This document shows positions 36,598 to 45,204 of a stretch of DNA of 64,000 nt, piece by piece. Within the stretch, counting starts at the first letter, position 1. Every line of letters starts with the position of its first letter. The position numbers were made by a program, and so were the translations under genes. The notes under the pieces were generated by a model, which did not search any database, was not told the origin of the DNA, and saw only the letters and a program-made list of their open reading frames with translations. The stretch comes from Atopobiaceae bacterium (GTDB lineage: Bacteria > Actinomycetota > Coriobacteriia > Coriobacteriales > Atopobiaceae), in contig JALCUE010000002.1 in NCBI GenBank assembly GCA_022655215.1, forward strand, positions 424,386 to 488,385, written 5' to 3'.

Positions 36598-38022
36598 ATG
36601 GACGGGTGGAAGACGAAGGCGCTCGCGCTCGCGTTCGTGGCGGCGACGGCTCTGGCGCTTGCGCCGGCGACCGCGCTCGCGGCCGACAAGGAGGGTCCCA
36701 CGTGGACCCGCATCTACGGCACGAACGAGCTGGACACCATGGAGGCGATCGCCTCCGACGGCTGGGACCGCTCGGACGTCGCCGTCATCGCGAGGAACGA
36801 CGACTACCATGACGCCCTCTCGGCCACCTCGCTCGCGGGACTCGAGGACGCGCCGATCCTGCTCACCGACAGGTGGCACCTCTCGACGCAGACGGCCGAG
36901 GCCATAAAGAGCCTCGGCGTGACCAGGGTCTACATCGCCGGCGGCGACATGGCCATATCGAAGGACGTGGAGTCCTCGCTCGAGGGCCTCGGCGTCACCT
37001 GCACGCGCGTCTACGGGTCCGACCCGGCGGGCACCGCCAGGGCCGTCATGGAGCGCGGGAGCGGCTCGTGGGGCGGCACCGTCATCGTCGCCCGCGGCAA
37101 CGGCTTCGAGGACGCCCTGTCCGTGTCGCCGTCCTCCTACTCGCAGGGCTATCCGATCGTCCTGTGCGAGGGGGACCACGGGAACGTCCTGTCGCAGGGG
37201 ACCCTCGACGACATCAGGTCGCAGGGCTTCACCAAGGCCGTGATCGTCGGCGGGACCGGCGCGGTGTCGGCCGGCGTCGAGGGCCAGCTCGCCTCCGCCG
37301 GCGTCACCTCGGTGAGCCGCCTCGGCGGCCAGAACCAGTACGACACCTCCGCCCTCATAGGGGAGTGGGAGGTCTCCGACCTGGGGATGAGCAGGAACGG
37401 CATGGGAGTGGCGACCGCGCGGAAGTACCAGGACGCCCTCACCGGCGGCGCCTACTGCGGACGCAAGGGATCCATCCTCGTGCTCGCCGACGACGGCAAC
37501 CGCTCCGCGGCCCAGACCTGCTACCGCACGCCGCTCGAGGCCGACGAGACCTGCGTCACGCACGGCGAGGTCTTCGGCGGGTGGATGGCGGTCTCGGAGG
37601 AGACCTACGACTGGCTCCACCGCGACTGGATCGACGAGCGGGGCCACTACGAGCGCTCCGTGCAGAAGGCTGCTTGGGACGAGACTGTCGTTGACCGAGC
37701 TGCTTATGACGAGTCTTACGTCGTAACTGCTGCATATGACGAAACGGTCAGCGCAGCTTATACCACATATGTAGCGAGTGACGGCACATCATTTAATTCC
37801 ATAGATGCTTGCCAAGATTATTGCATAGAGCACGATTGTGGCTACGGTTCCATTGACCATCCTGCTGTCGTTAAGCACCATGACGCAGTCATGGGAACCA
37901 GGCATCATGACGCTGTGACGCATGTCGTCCATCATGATGCCGTGACCGTGACGGAGAGGTGCTCCTCGGACGCGACTGGCGCGACATATGTCAGGGACTC
38001 GGGCGGCCACTGGACCTGGTAG
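36598..38022 (+). CDS. Secreted cell-wall-binding protein with three CWB2 (cell wall binding repeat 2) modules and a repeat-rich C-terminal module
   Basis: The signal peptide is KTKALALAFVAATALALAPATALAADK. Three CWB2-like units are visible in VAVIARNDDYHDALSATSLAG..APILLT, VIVARGNGFEDALSVSPSSYSQGYPIVL and GVATARKYQDALTGGAYCGRKGSILVL. ATG 36598 is preceded by GGGGGA. Confidence 0.8.
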   Translation: MDGWKTKALALAFVAATALALAPATALAADKEGPTWTRIYGTNELDTMEAIASDGWDRSDVAVIARNDDYHDALSATSLAGLEDAPILLTDRWHLSTQTAEAIKSLGVTRVYIAGGDMAISKDVESSLEGLGVTCTRVYGSDPAGTARAVMERGSGSWGGTVIVARGNGFEDALSVSPSSYSQGYPIVLCEGDHGNVLSQGTLDDIRSQGFTKAVIVGGTGAVSAGVEGQLASAGVTSVSRLGGQNQYDTSALIGEWEVSDLGMSRNGMGVATARKYQDALTGGAYCGRKGSILVLADDGNRSAAQTCYRTPLEADETCVTHGEVFGGWMAVSEETYDWLHRDWIDERGHYERSVQKAAWDETVVDRAAYDESYVVTAAYDETVSAAYTTYVASDGTSFNSIDACQDYCIEHDCGYGSIDHPAVVKHHDAVMGTRHHDAVTHVVHHDAVTVTERCSSDATGATYVRDSGGHWTW

Positions 38023-38149
38023 ACGAGTCGCGTGATCGTCGCCGACCAGGTCGCTGGCACGTATGCCAGACGGGCCGCGGCATAGTCCTCCCACGGCGGT
38101 ACGACGGACGTGGGATGCGTCGTCCCTGCCGTCCGGCCGCGGGACCCAC

Positions 38150-38178
38150 GTCCACGCGGCCGCGACGGCCGCGTGGAC
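38150..38178. other. 12-bp perfect GC-rich stem-loop downstream of the CWB2 gene
   Basis: GTCCACGCGGCC (38150-38161) pairs with GGCCGCGTGGAC (38167-38178) across a 5-nt loop. There is no U-tail. It may be a terminator. Confidence 0.45.
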
Positions 38179-38757
38179 GCTCGACCACCCCGTCTTCCCC
38201 CGCTCCATCGACCCGCTGGCCGCGTCCGGCCGAGGTGCTCTACTTCGACGGGATGGACGACGAGGAGCCCCTCGGGTCCTATCGCTGTGTCAGGGGAGGC
38301 TGAGACAAGAGGGAGATGACGGCGTCTGCGAAGTACCGACGCCTGCTTCGCGCCGACCGTCGGCCCTTGCAATATCACAGTAAACAACTATGATTCAAGA
38401 CCATGACGACGAAGAAGAGACATACCTACTGCTGTTGCATATGTCTGGGCCTGTTCATGCCCGGGCCCGGGCTCGCTTAGGCCTGGGGCCACGTCCCGCT
38501 CGCACCTCGGGACGCACCCCTCTCGAACCCGGGCGTCGTCATGTCGCGCGACGGACCACGCGGCAATCCACGCGATCCCAAGCGCATCTTCCCCTCGGCC
38601 CATCCCCTCGTCCCGCCCCAATGCCCATCCCATTCGGGATGAGTGCGCGGAAGTGGGGTATAACCCATGCACCGGTTGAGAGGGGCACGGGACGGGACGC
38701 GTCGCTCGGGCGGCGGGGAGGACCCCTAGGTTATAAGACCGTTACAAGGTGCTTGGT

Positions 38758-38795
38758 CATGCGTTCATCCGCATGATTTACTGGTATGTATAAAT
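38758..38795 (+). promoter_or_regulatory. Candidate operator plus extended -10 promoter of the ABC transporter operon
   Basis: The inverted repeat is CATGCG-N6-CGCATG (38758-38775). TGtATAAAT follows at 38787-38795, in an AT-rich patch 38 nt upstream of ATG 38833. Confidence 0.35.
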
Positions 38796-38832
38796 AGGAG
38801 CAACGTCGCTCAATCAGAGAGAGGTTACTGTC

Positions 38833-39843
38833 ATGAAGTCATTTGACGAGATCGTAGTCACCAGGCGCGGGGCCATCGGCATGGGCCTGGCGGGAATCGC
38901 CTCCATCGCCGGGCTCGGCCTCGTGGGCTGCTCCGACACCTCGGGCAGCGCCTCGACGAGCGCCGCATCCACGAGCGCCTCCACGTCCGACGCATCCACG
39001 CAGATCGACGCCACCGCCTATGACGCGCTCATCGCCGCCGGCACCACTGCCGATGACGCGACCATCGCCGCGAGCACCTGGGCCACCAAGGTCAAGGAAG
39101 CCGGCAAGCTGCGCGTGGGCGGCGTCCGCACCTCCACGCTCTTCAGCCTGCTCAACGAGGTCGACAACAAGGTCCGCGGCTTCGACGCCGGCCTGTTCGA
39201 GCTCCTCACCCGCTACATCCTGGGCGACGAGAGCAAGTACGAGCTGACGCAGGTCACCTCCGACACCCGTGAGTCCGTGCTCACGAACGACCAGGTCGAC
39301 ACCGTGTTCGCCACGTACTCCATCACCGACTCGCGCAAGAAGATCATCTCCTTCGCGGGTCCCTACTACACCTCGCAGCAGGGCGTGCTCGTCTCCGCCA
39401 GCAACACCGACATCAACAGCCTGTCCGACCTGGCCGGCAAGACCGTCGCCGCCCAGTCCGGCTCCACCGGTCCCAGCCTCGTCGAGAAGGAGGTGCCCAC
39501 CGCCACCGTCCAGGAGTTCAGCACGGACGAGGAGGCCCGCACCGCCCTCGAGCAGGGACGAGTCGACGCCTACGTCATCGACGCCACGCTCCAGATGGGC
39601 GCCATGGTCTCCAACCCCGGCAAGTACCGTCTGCTGGACGAGTACTTCGGGCCCACCGACCCCTACGGCATCGGCCTTCCCCTCGACTCCGACGGCGTCG
39701 CGTTCGTGAACGACTTCCTCCAGAAGGTCGAGGACGACGGCACGTGGGCCAAGCTCTGGCAGATCGCCATCGGCGACCGCACCGGCCTCACCACCGCCCC
39801 GACGCCTCCCACCATCGGCGAGACGAGCACCGAGACCAACTAG
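38833..39843 (+). CDS. Polar amino-acid (Glu/Gln-type) ABC transporter substrate-binding lipoprotein
   Basis: Twin-Arg-like signal TRRGAIGMGLAG, lipobox LVGC, a Ser/Thr/Ala linker, and a family-3 SBP fold (KLRVGGV.., FAGPYYTSQQGVLV). Confidence 0.85.
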   Translation: MKSFDEIVVTRRGAIGMGLAGIASIAGLGLVGCSDTSGSASTSAASTSASTSDASTQIDATAYDALIAAGTTADDATIAASTWATKVKEAGKLRVGGVRTSTLFSLLNEVDNKVRGFDAGLFELLTRYILGDESKYELTQVTSDTRESVLTNDQVDTVFATYSITDSRKKIISFAGPYYTSQQGVLVSASNTDINSLSDLAGKTVAAQSGSTGPSLVEKEVPTATVQEFSTDEEARTALEQGRVDAYVIDATLQMGAMVSNPGKYRLLDEYFGPTDPYGIGLPLDSDGVAFVNDFLQKVEDDGTWAKLWQIAIGDRTGLTTAPTPPTIGETSTETN

Positions 39844-39949
39844 CCCTTGCCTCCGCGGCCCTCACGGGCCATGGGATGCGAGTGCATGACGAGACATGCC
39901 AACGGGTCCCCGTCCGAGTGGGCGGGGACCCGACGACGAGGGGGTGCTG

Positions 39950-40609
39950 ATGGGGATATCCGAGCTCTGGGCGACATATGGGGGGATGTACCTCCAGGCC
40001 CTCCTCACCACGTGGGCCATGACGGCCGTCTCCTATGTCATCGCCATGGCGCTCGCGGTCCTCATCACCGTGATGCGCGTCTGCCCGATAAGGCCGCTGC
40101 GCGTCCTCGGTGACTTCTACGTCCAGGTGTTCCGCAACATCGCCGGGATCTGCCTGCTCATCATCATCGTCTATGCCCTTCCCAACCTCGGCCTCACGCT
40201 GCCGTATCGCACGTGCGTGATCGTGGCCACGGTGCTTCTCGTCTCTGCGTTCGGCTCGGAGAACTTCATGAGCGGCATCAACACCATCGGCATCGGGCAG
40301 ATCGAGGCGGCCCGTTCCATCGGGCTGGGCTTCTCGCAGACGCTGCGCCTCGTGGTCATCCCGCAGGCGCTCCGCTCGGCGGTCCTGCCCATGACCAACC
40401 TCGCCATCGCCTGTCTCCTCACCACGGCCATCGGCTCGCAGGTGCCGCTCAGCCCGCCTGAGCTCACGGGGCTCGTCTCCTACATCAACACGCGCACGAC
40501 GGGCGGCATCGCCACCTTCCTCATCTCCGCCCTCGGATACGTCGGCACGGCCCTCGTGATCGGATTCGTGGGCAACCGCATCGACCGGAAGGTGAGGATC
40601 CTCAGATGA
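39950..40609 (+). CDS. Amino-acid ABC transporter permease
   Basis: The EAA-type loop is IEAARSIGLGFSQTLRLVVIPQALR. ATG 39950 is preceded by GAGGGGG. Confidence 0.88.
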   Translation: MGISELWATYGGMYLQALLTTWAMTAVSYVIAMALAVLITVMRVCPIRPLRVLGDFYVQVFRNIAGICLLIIIVYALPNLGLTLPYRTCVIVATVLLVSAFGSENFMSGINTIGIGQIEAARSIGLGFSQTLRLVVIPQALRSAVLPMTNLAIACLLTTAIGSQVPLSPPELTGLVSYINTRTTGGIATFLISALGYVGTALVIGFVGNRIDRKVRILR

Positions 40610-41430
40610 GCGCCCAGACAACGTCCATGAGGGACGCCCTCTACGAGGCGCCGGGCCCCAAGACCCGTCGTCGCATCCTGATAGGCACGGTCATCGCGGG
40701 AATCCTCGTCTGCCTCCTCGTCTTCCTCGTCGTGAGGCAGTTCTACGTCACCGGCCAGCTCTCGCCCAAGTACTGGAGCTTCTTCACGCGGCCCACCACC
40801 TGGCGGTTCCTGTGGGACGGCTTCCTCGGCACGCTCAAGGTCGCCGCCGTCGCCGGGGCCATCTCGCTCGTGCTTGGCCTCGTGCTCATGCTCTGCCGCA
40901 CCAGTCACCTGAAGGCGCTGAACGTCCCCGCGCGCATCGTGATCGAGTTCTTCCGCGGGGTCCCCAGCCTGCTGCTCGTGTACTTCTTCTTCCTCGTCGT
41001 CCCCCAGTACGGCATCAAGATGTCCTCGTTCTGGATGATCACGCTGCCCGTGGGACTCGCCGCGTCGGGCGTGCTCGCCGAGGTGTTCCGCGCCGGCGTG
41101 AACGCCGTGCCCAAGGGCCAGGTCGAGGCGGCGATGTCGCTCGGCATGAGGCCGTCCAAGATCACCTTCAAGATCGTGCTCCCGCAGGCCATCCGCTTCG
41201 TCATCCCGTCGCTCATCTCGCAGTTCGTGGTGGTCGTCAAGGACACGACGGTCGCCTACGTCGTGAGCTACCCCGACCTGCTCCAGAACGCCCGCGTGCT
41301 CATCTCGAACTACGACGCGCTCGTCTCGACGTACTTCGTCATCGCCGTCATCTACATCATCGTGAACTACCTCATCAACCGCGCGGCGGTCACCGTGAGC
41401 CGTCGCACCGGGGTGAAGATAATCAAGTAG
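40606..41430 (+). CDS. Amino-acid ABC transporter permease (second subunit)
   Basis: The EAA-type loop is VEAAMSLGMRPSKITFKIVLPQAIR. The start overlaps the preceding stop in an ATGA overlap. Confidence 0.88.
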   Translation: MSAQTTSMRDALYEAPGPKTRRRILIGTVIAGILVCLLVFLVVRQFYVTGQLSPKYWSFFTRPTTWRFLWDGFLGTLKVAAVAGAISLVLGLVLMLCRTSHLKALNVPARIVIEFFRGVPSLLLVYFFFLVVPQYGIKMSSFWMITLPVGLAASGVLAEVFRAGVNAVPKGQVEAAMSLGMRPSKITFKIVLPQAIRFVIPSLISQFVVVVKDTTVAYVVSYPDLLQNARVLISNYDALVSTYFVIAVIYIIVNYLINRAAVTVSRRTGVKIIK

Positions 41431-41458
41431 CGCCGCCACGGCCCGGGAAGGGATCGAG

Positions 41459-42235
41459 ATGTCCTCAGAGCAGAACACAGGGAGCGAGGTCGCGGGCCAG
41501 GTGCCCATGATCGAGCTCCGCCACGTCGAGAAGCACTTCGGCGACCTCCACGTGCTGCGCGACATCAACCTCAAGGTGGGGAAGGGCGAGGTCCTCGTCG
41601 TCATCGGGCCGTCCGGCTCGGGCAAGTCGACCATGTGCCGCACCATCAACCGCCTCGAGACCATCGACTCCGGCGAGATCCTCATTGACGGCAAGCCCCT
41701 TCCCGAAGAGGGCCGCGAGCTCGCCGCCGCACGTGCGGAGCTGGGCATGGTGTTCCAGTCCTTCAACCTCTTCGCGCATCGCACCATCCTGGACAACGTC
41801 ACCATGGGCCCCATCGAGGTCCAGGGCGTTCCCAGGAAGGAGGCCGAGGAGAGCGCGATGGCGCTGCTCGAGCGCGTGGGCGTGGCCGAGCAGGCCGCCA
41901 AGGTCCCCGCCCAGCTCTCCGGTGGCCAGCAGCAGCGCGTGGCCATCGCCCGGTCTCTCGCGATGCATCCCAAGGCGATGATGTTCGACGAGCCCACGAG
42001 CGCGCTCGACCCCGAGATGATCAACGAGGTCCTCGAGGTCATGGTCGAGCTCGCGCGTGGGGGCATGACCATGGTCGTCGTCACGCACGAGATGAGCTTC
42101 GCCCGTCGCGTGGCGAACCGCGTGGTGTTCATGGCCGACGGCACGATCATGGAGGAGGGCTCGCCGGACGAGTTCTTCGACCACCCCACCACCGAGCGTG
42201 CCCGCGACTTCCTCGACTCCATCAAGGGACATTGA
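41459..42235 (+). CDS. Amino-acid ABC transporter ATP-binding protein
   Basis: Walker A GPSGSGKST, signature LSGGQQQRVAIAR, Walker B MMFDEPTSALD. Confidence 0.93.
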   Translation: MSSEQNTGSEVAGQVPMIELRHVEKHFGDLHVLRDINLKVGKGEVLVVIGPSGSGKSTMCRTINRLETIDSGEILIDGKPLPEEGRELAAARAELGMVFQSFNLFAHRTILDNVTMGPIEVQGVPRKEAEESAMALLERVGVAEQAAKVPAQLSGGQQQRVAIARSLAMHPKAMMFDEPTSALDPEMINEVLEVMVELARGGMTMVVVTHEMSFARRVANRVVFMADGTIMEEGSPDEFFDHPTTERARDFLDSIKGH

Positions 42236-42330
42236 GCCTGACCCCTTGCCCGACGTCGCGCGTGGCCCTAACCTTGGCCTGACATGAGACGCAGGTGGCG
42301 CGCACGCGTCGCCCGGACGATGGGAGAGAC

Positions 42331-43140
42331 ATGGCAGCAGACCTTCCTCAGGCCGAGATAGGCATCTTCGGCGGCTCCGGCTTCTACGAGCTGTTCGACG
42401 AGGGAGCCCAGGAGGTGCGCATCGACACGAAGTGGGGCGCCCCCTCGGACACCTACACCCTGGGCACCATCGGCGGCCGTTCCGTGGCCTTCCTCCCGCG
42501 CCATGGCCACAAGCACACCTTCGCCCCATCCGAGGTCAACTACCGCGCCAACCTCTGGGGGATGCGCGAGCTCGGCGTCACCCAGGTGATCGGGCCCTGT
42601 TCGGTGGGCTCGCTCTCCCCGGACATCCACCCCGGCGACTTCGTGATCTGCGACCAGTTCGTGGACCGCACCAACGGACGCGCGGACACCTTCTTCACCC
42701 ATGAGGCCGGCCTCGGCGTGCAGCACCTCTCCGCGGCCGAGCCCTACTGCCCGGCCATGCGCAAGGTGGCCGTCGAGTCGTGCGAGCGCCTCGGCATCCA
42801 CGTGCACGACGGCGGCACGGTCGTCACCATCCAGGGACCGCGCTTCTCCAGCAAGGCCGAGAGCGAGTGGTTCTCCAAGATGGGTTGGAGCTGCGTGAAC
42901 ATGACCCAGTACCCCGAGGCATGGCTCGCCCGCGAGCTGGGGATGTGCTACGTCAACGTGAGCCTCGTCACCGACTACGACGCCGGCCTGGGCAAGTACG
43001 CTGCGGTCAAGGCCGACGACGTCACCCGCGTCTTCGGCGAGAACCTCCACCGCGTCCGCGACCTCATCGCCGACATGGTGCCCAACCTCCCGCGCGAGCG
43101 TGCTTGCTCCTGCGGCGAGACCTCTCACCTGTTCGACTGA
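42331..43140 (+). CDS. mtnP: S-methyl-5'-thioadenosine phosphorylase (MTAP family purine nucleoside phosphorylase)
   Basis: IGIFGGSGFY, FLPRHGHKHTFAPSEVNYRANLW and MTQYPEAWLAREL. ATG 42331 is preceded by GGGAGAG. Confidence 0.85.
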   Translation: MAADLPQAEIGIFGGSGFYELFDEGAQEVRIDTKWGAPSDTYTLGTIGGRSVAFLPRHGHKHTFAPSEVNYRANLWGMRELGVTQVIGPCSVGSLSPDIHPGDFVICDQFVDRTNGRADTFFTHEAGLGVQHLSAAEPYCPAMRKVAVESCERLGIHVHDGGTVVTIQGPRFSSKAESEWFSKMGWSCVNMTQYPEAWLARELGMCYVNVSLVTDYDAGLGKYAAVKADDVTRVFGENLHRVRDLIADMVPNLPRERACSCGETSHLFD

Positions 43141-43149
43141 CCCGCTCGG

Positions 43150-43971
43150 TCACTCGGAGGCGAGCGGCTCGCCGGGAACCCACAGGTCGCGGTCGCTCGC
43201 CACGAGCACGTTGTTGCCCACCCGGCCCGGTTCCTCGGGGCACTCGGGGATGACGTGGACGTACGCGAAGGCATGGGAGAAGGCCTCGGCGGTGTCGTCG
43301 AGCCTGTCCCTGTCGGCCCCCTCGAGCCTCGCCCTCACGTTCGCCAGGTAGATGCCGCCCTCGGTGAGATGGTCGTGGATGATGGCGGCGCCTTCCTCGC
43401 ACCCCATCGCGCCGAGCGGGCGGCGTCCCTTGAAGGCGTCGTTCACCACGAGGTCGTAGGGCTCGTCGGACCTCTTGAGCCATTCCCAGCCGTCATCGGT
43501 CACGAGGCCGAGCCTGTGGACGCTGTCCCATCCGCCCTCGAGTCTGTCGAGCAGGAAGTAGCGCCGCGCGAGCTCGGTCACGGCGGGGTCTATCTCGACC
43601 ACGTCGACGTGCATGTGGTCGTCATGGGTGATGAGGTACTTCGGCAGGGAGTAGCCGCCCCCGCCTATCACGCAGGCCCGGCCCACGCCGCCTGCCGCCG
43701 AGAGCACCTCGGCGAAGGTGCGGTGATAGCTGCAGACCAGCTCGCTCCAGATGTCATCGTCCAGGTAGCACACGGACTGGAACGTGCCGCCCACGTAGAG
43801 GAGGCGGACCGCGGTGCCATCCGCGTCGGCCGAGTCGAACACGAGCGCAGGCCCGAACTTGGTCCTGCCCTCGAGATGGACGCCCCTCCATTCCAGGAGG
43901 CGGGGGAGGGCGACGCGCACGAACAGGATGAGCGCGACGGTGATGACGCAGGTCACGATGATGAGTCGCAT
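43150..43971 (-). CDS. Spermidine synthase-like SAM-dependent transferase with an N-terminal membrane anchor
   Basis: The N-terminal TM helix is MRLIIVTCVITVALILFV. Other segments are VIGGGGYSLPKYL, VDVVEIDPAVTELARRYF and DLVVNDAF. A strong RBS (GGGAGGAGGA) precedes ATG 43971. Confidence 0.7.
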   Translation of the reverse strand: MRLIIVTCVITVALILFVRVALPRLLEWRGVHLEGRTKFGPALVFDSADADGTAVRLLYVGGTFQSVCYLDDDIWSELVCSYHRTFAEVLSAAGGVGRACVIGGGGYSLPKYLITHDDHMHVDVVEIDPAVTELARRYFLLDRLEGGWDSVHRLGLVTDDGWEWLKRSDEPYDLVVNDAFKGRRPLGAMGCEEGAAIIHDHLTEGGIYLANVRARLEGADRDRLDDTAEAFSHAFAYVHVIPECPEEPGRVGNNVLVASDRDLWVPGEPLASE

Positions 43972-44087
43972 GTGTCCTCCTCCCTCGGCACGCATGAGCC
44001 GGCGGCCTTGGATGGCCCCCGGGTCCGCGCGGTCTTCTCGGCAGACCTACTAAGATAGAGAATGTGGGACGGAATGTCTGTGACGGA

Positions 44088-44117
44088 TTGTGGAACGAAA
44101 CGTCTCTCGGCTATACT
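44088..44117 (+). promoter_or_regulatory. Putative promoter of tatA
   Basis: TTGTGG (44088-44093), an 18-nt spacer, then TATACT (44112-44117). Confidence 0.3.
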
Positions 44118-44199
44118 AGCGACTGCCTTTGTATGAGAATCTCTCGATATGGGCCACGTCGCACGGATGTCGCCCAGATCCTGTTTGGAGGAAACCTCA

Positions 44200-44562
44200 A
44201 TGATCCTTGGACTCGGAGCGCCTGAACTCATCGTCATCCTCATCGTCGTCCTCGTCATCTTCGGGCCCAAGAACCTCCCGAAGCTCGGTGCTTCCCTTGG
44301 CAAGACGGTGAAGAACATCCGCGAGGGCATGGGTGACGAGAAGGGCGCCGACGCCTCTTCCGACTCCGCCACTGAGGTCGTCGCCGAGGAGGACGCGGAC
44401 GCCGAGGACGCATCCGCCGACGTCGTGTTCTGCTCCAAGTGCGGCACGAAGAACGACGCCTCCGACGCCTTCTGCTGCAAGTGCGGCGCTCCCCTCAAGG
44501 GCGAGGCAGACAAGGGCAAGTCCGACAAGCCCGCCGACGACTCCGACGCCGACGCCGAGTAG
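44200..44562 (+). CDS. tatA: Twin-arginine translocase TatA/E family protein carrying a C-terminal CxxC..CxxC zinc-ribbon
   Basis: The N-terminus [43 protein letters not shown] is a canonical TatA TM helix plus amphipathic helix. Residues 78-97 read [23 protein letters not shown]. The RBS GGAGGAAA precedes ATG 44200. Confidence 0.85.
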   Translation: MILGLGAPELIVILIVVLVIFGPKNLPKLGASLGKTVKNIREGMGDEKGADASSDSATEVVAEEDADAEDASADVVFCSKCGTKNDASDAFCCKCGAPLKGEADKGKSDKPADDSDADAE

Positions 44563-44639
44563 AGACCACCACATGGCGCCCGAGGCATCCGCCCCAGGCG
44601 CTCGCACGTCCCAACGGAAGCATGAGTAGAGAGCGAAGC

Positions 44640-45122
44640 ATGGACAACACTGAGATCATCCTCACCCCCGAGGGCAAGGCAAAGCTCGTCGAGGAGCTCG
44701 CGTATCGCGAGGGCGAGAAGGACGCGGAGATCATCGAGCGCATCAAGGTCGCCCGTGACTTCGGCGACCTCTCCGAGAACTCCGAGTACGACGATGCCAA
44801 GGAGGAGCAGTCCAAGAACGCCGCCCGCATCGCCGAGATCCGCAAGATCCTGGCAACGGCCACGATTTCCGAGAACGCCGGCGGCAAGCGTGACCCGGCG
44901 GTCTCCATTGGCTGCACCGTCGCGCTCGAGGAGGTCAAGACCAAGAAGAAGGTCACCTTCACGCTGGTCGGCACCACCGAGACCGACTCGCTCGAGCACA
45001 AGATCTCCAACGAGAGCCCCGTGGGCGCGGCCATCATCGGCCACAAGAAGGGCGAGATGGTCACGGTGAGCTCTCCTTCCGGCAAGACCCGCGACTACGT
45101 CATCTCCAAGATCTCGCGCTAG
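44640..45122 (+). CDS. greA: Transcription elongation factor GreA
   Basis: LTPEGKAKLVEEL, DFGDLSENSEYDDAKEEQ and ISNESPVGAAIIGHKKGE. An alternative start exists at ATG 44622. Confidence 0.92.
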   Translation: MDNTEIILTPEGKAKLVEELAYREGEKDAEIIERIKVARDFGDLSENSEYDDAKEEQSKNAARIAEIRKILATATISENAGGKRDPAVSIGCTVALEEVKTKKKVTFTLVGTTETDSLEHKISNESPVGAAIIGHKKGEMVTVSSPSGKTRDYVISKISR

Positions 45123-45141
45123 GGAACAAGGAACAGGCATC

Positions 45142-45180
45142 GACGCCCCTCCTTCGCGCGAGCCGCGGGGGAGGGGCGTC
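45142..45180 (+). terminator. Stem-loop after greA
   Basis: GACGCCCCTCC (45142-45152) pairs with GGAGGGGCGTC (45170-45180) and is followed by TCATCCC. Confidence 0.5.
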
Positions 45181-45204
45181 TCATCCCATGGGAGGGCCAG
45201 GACA

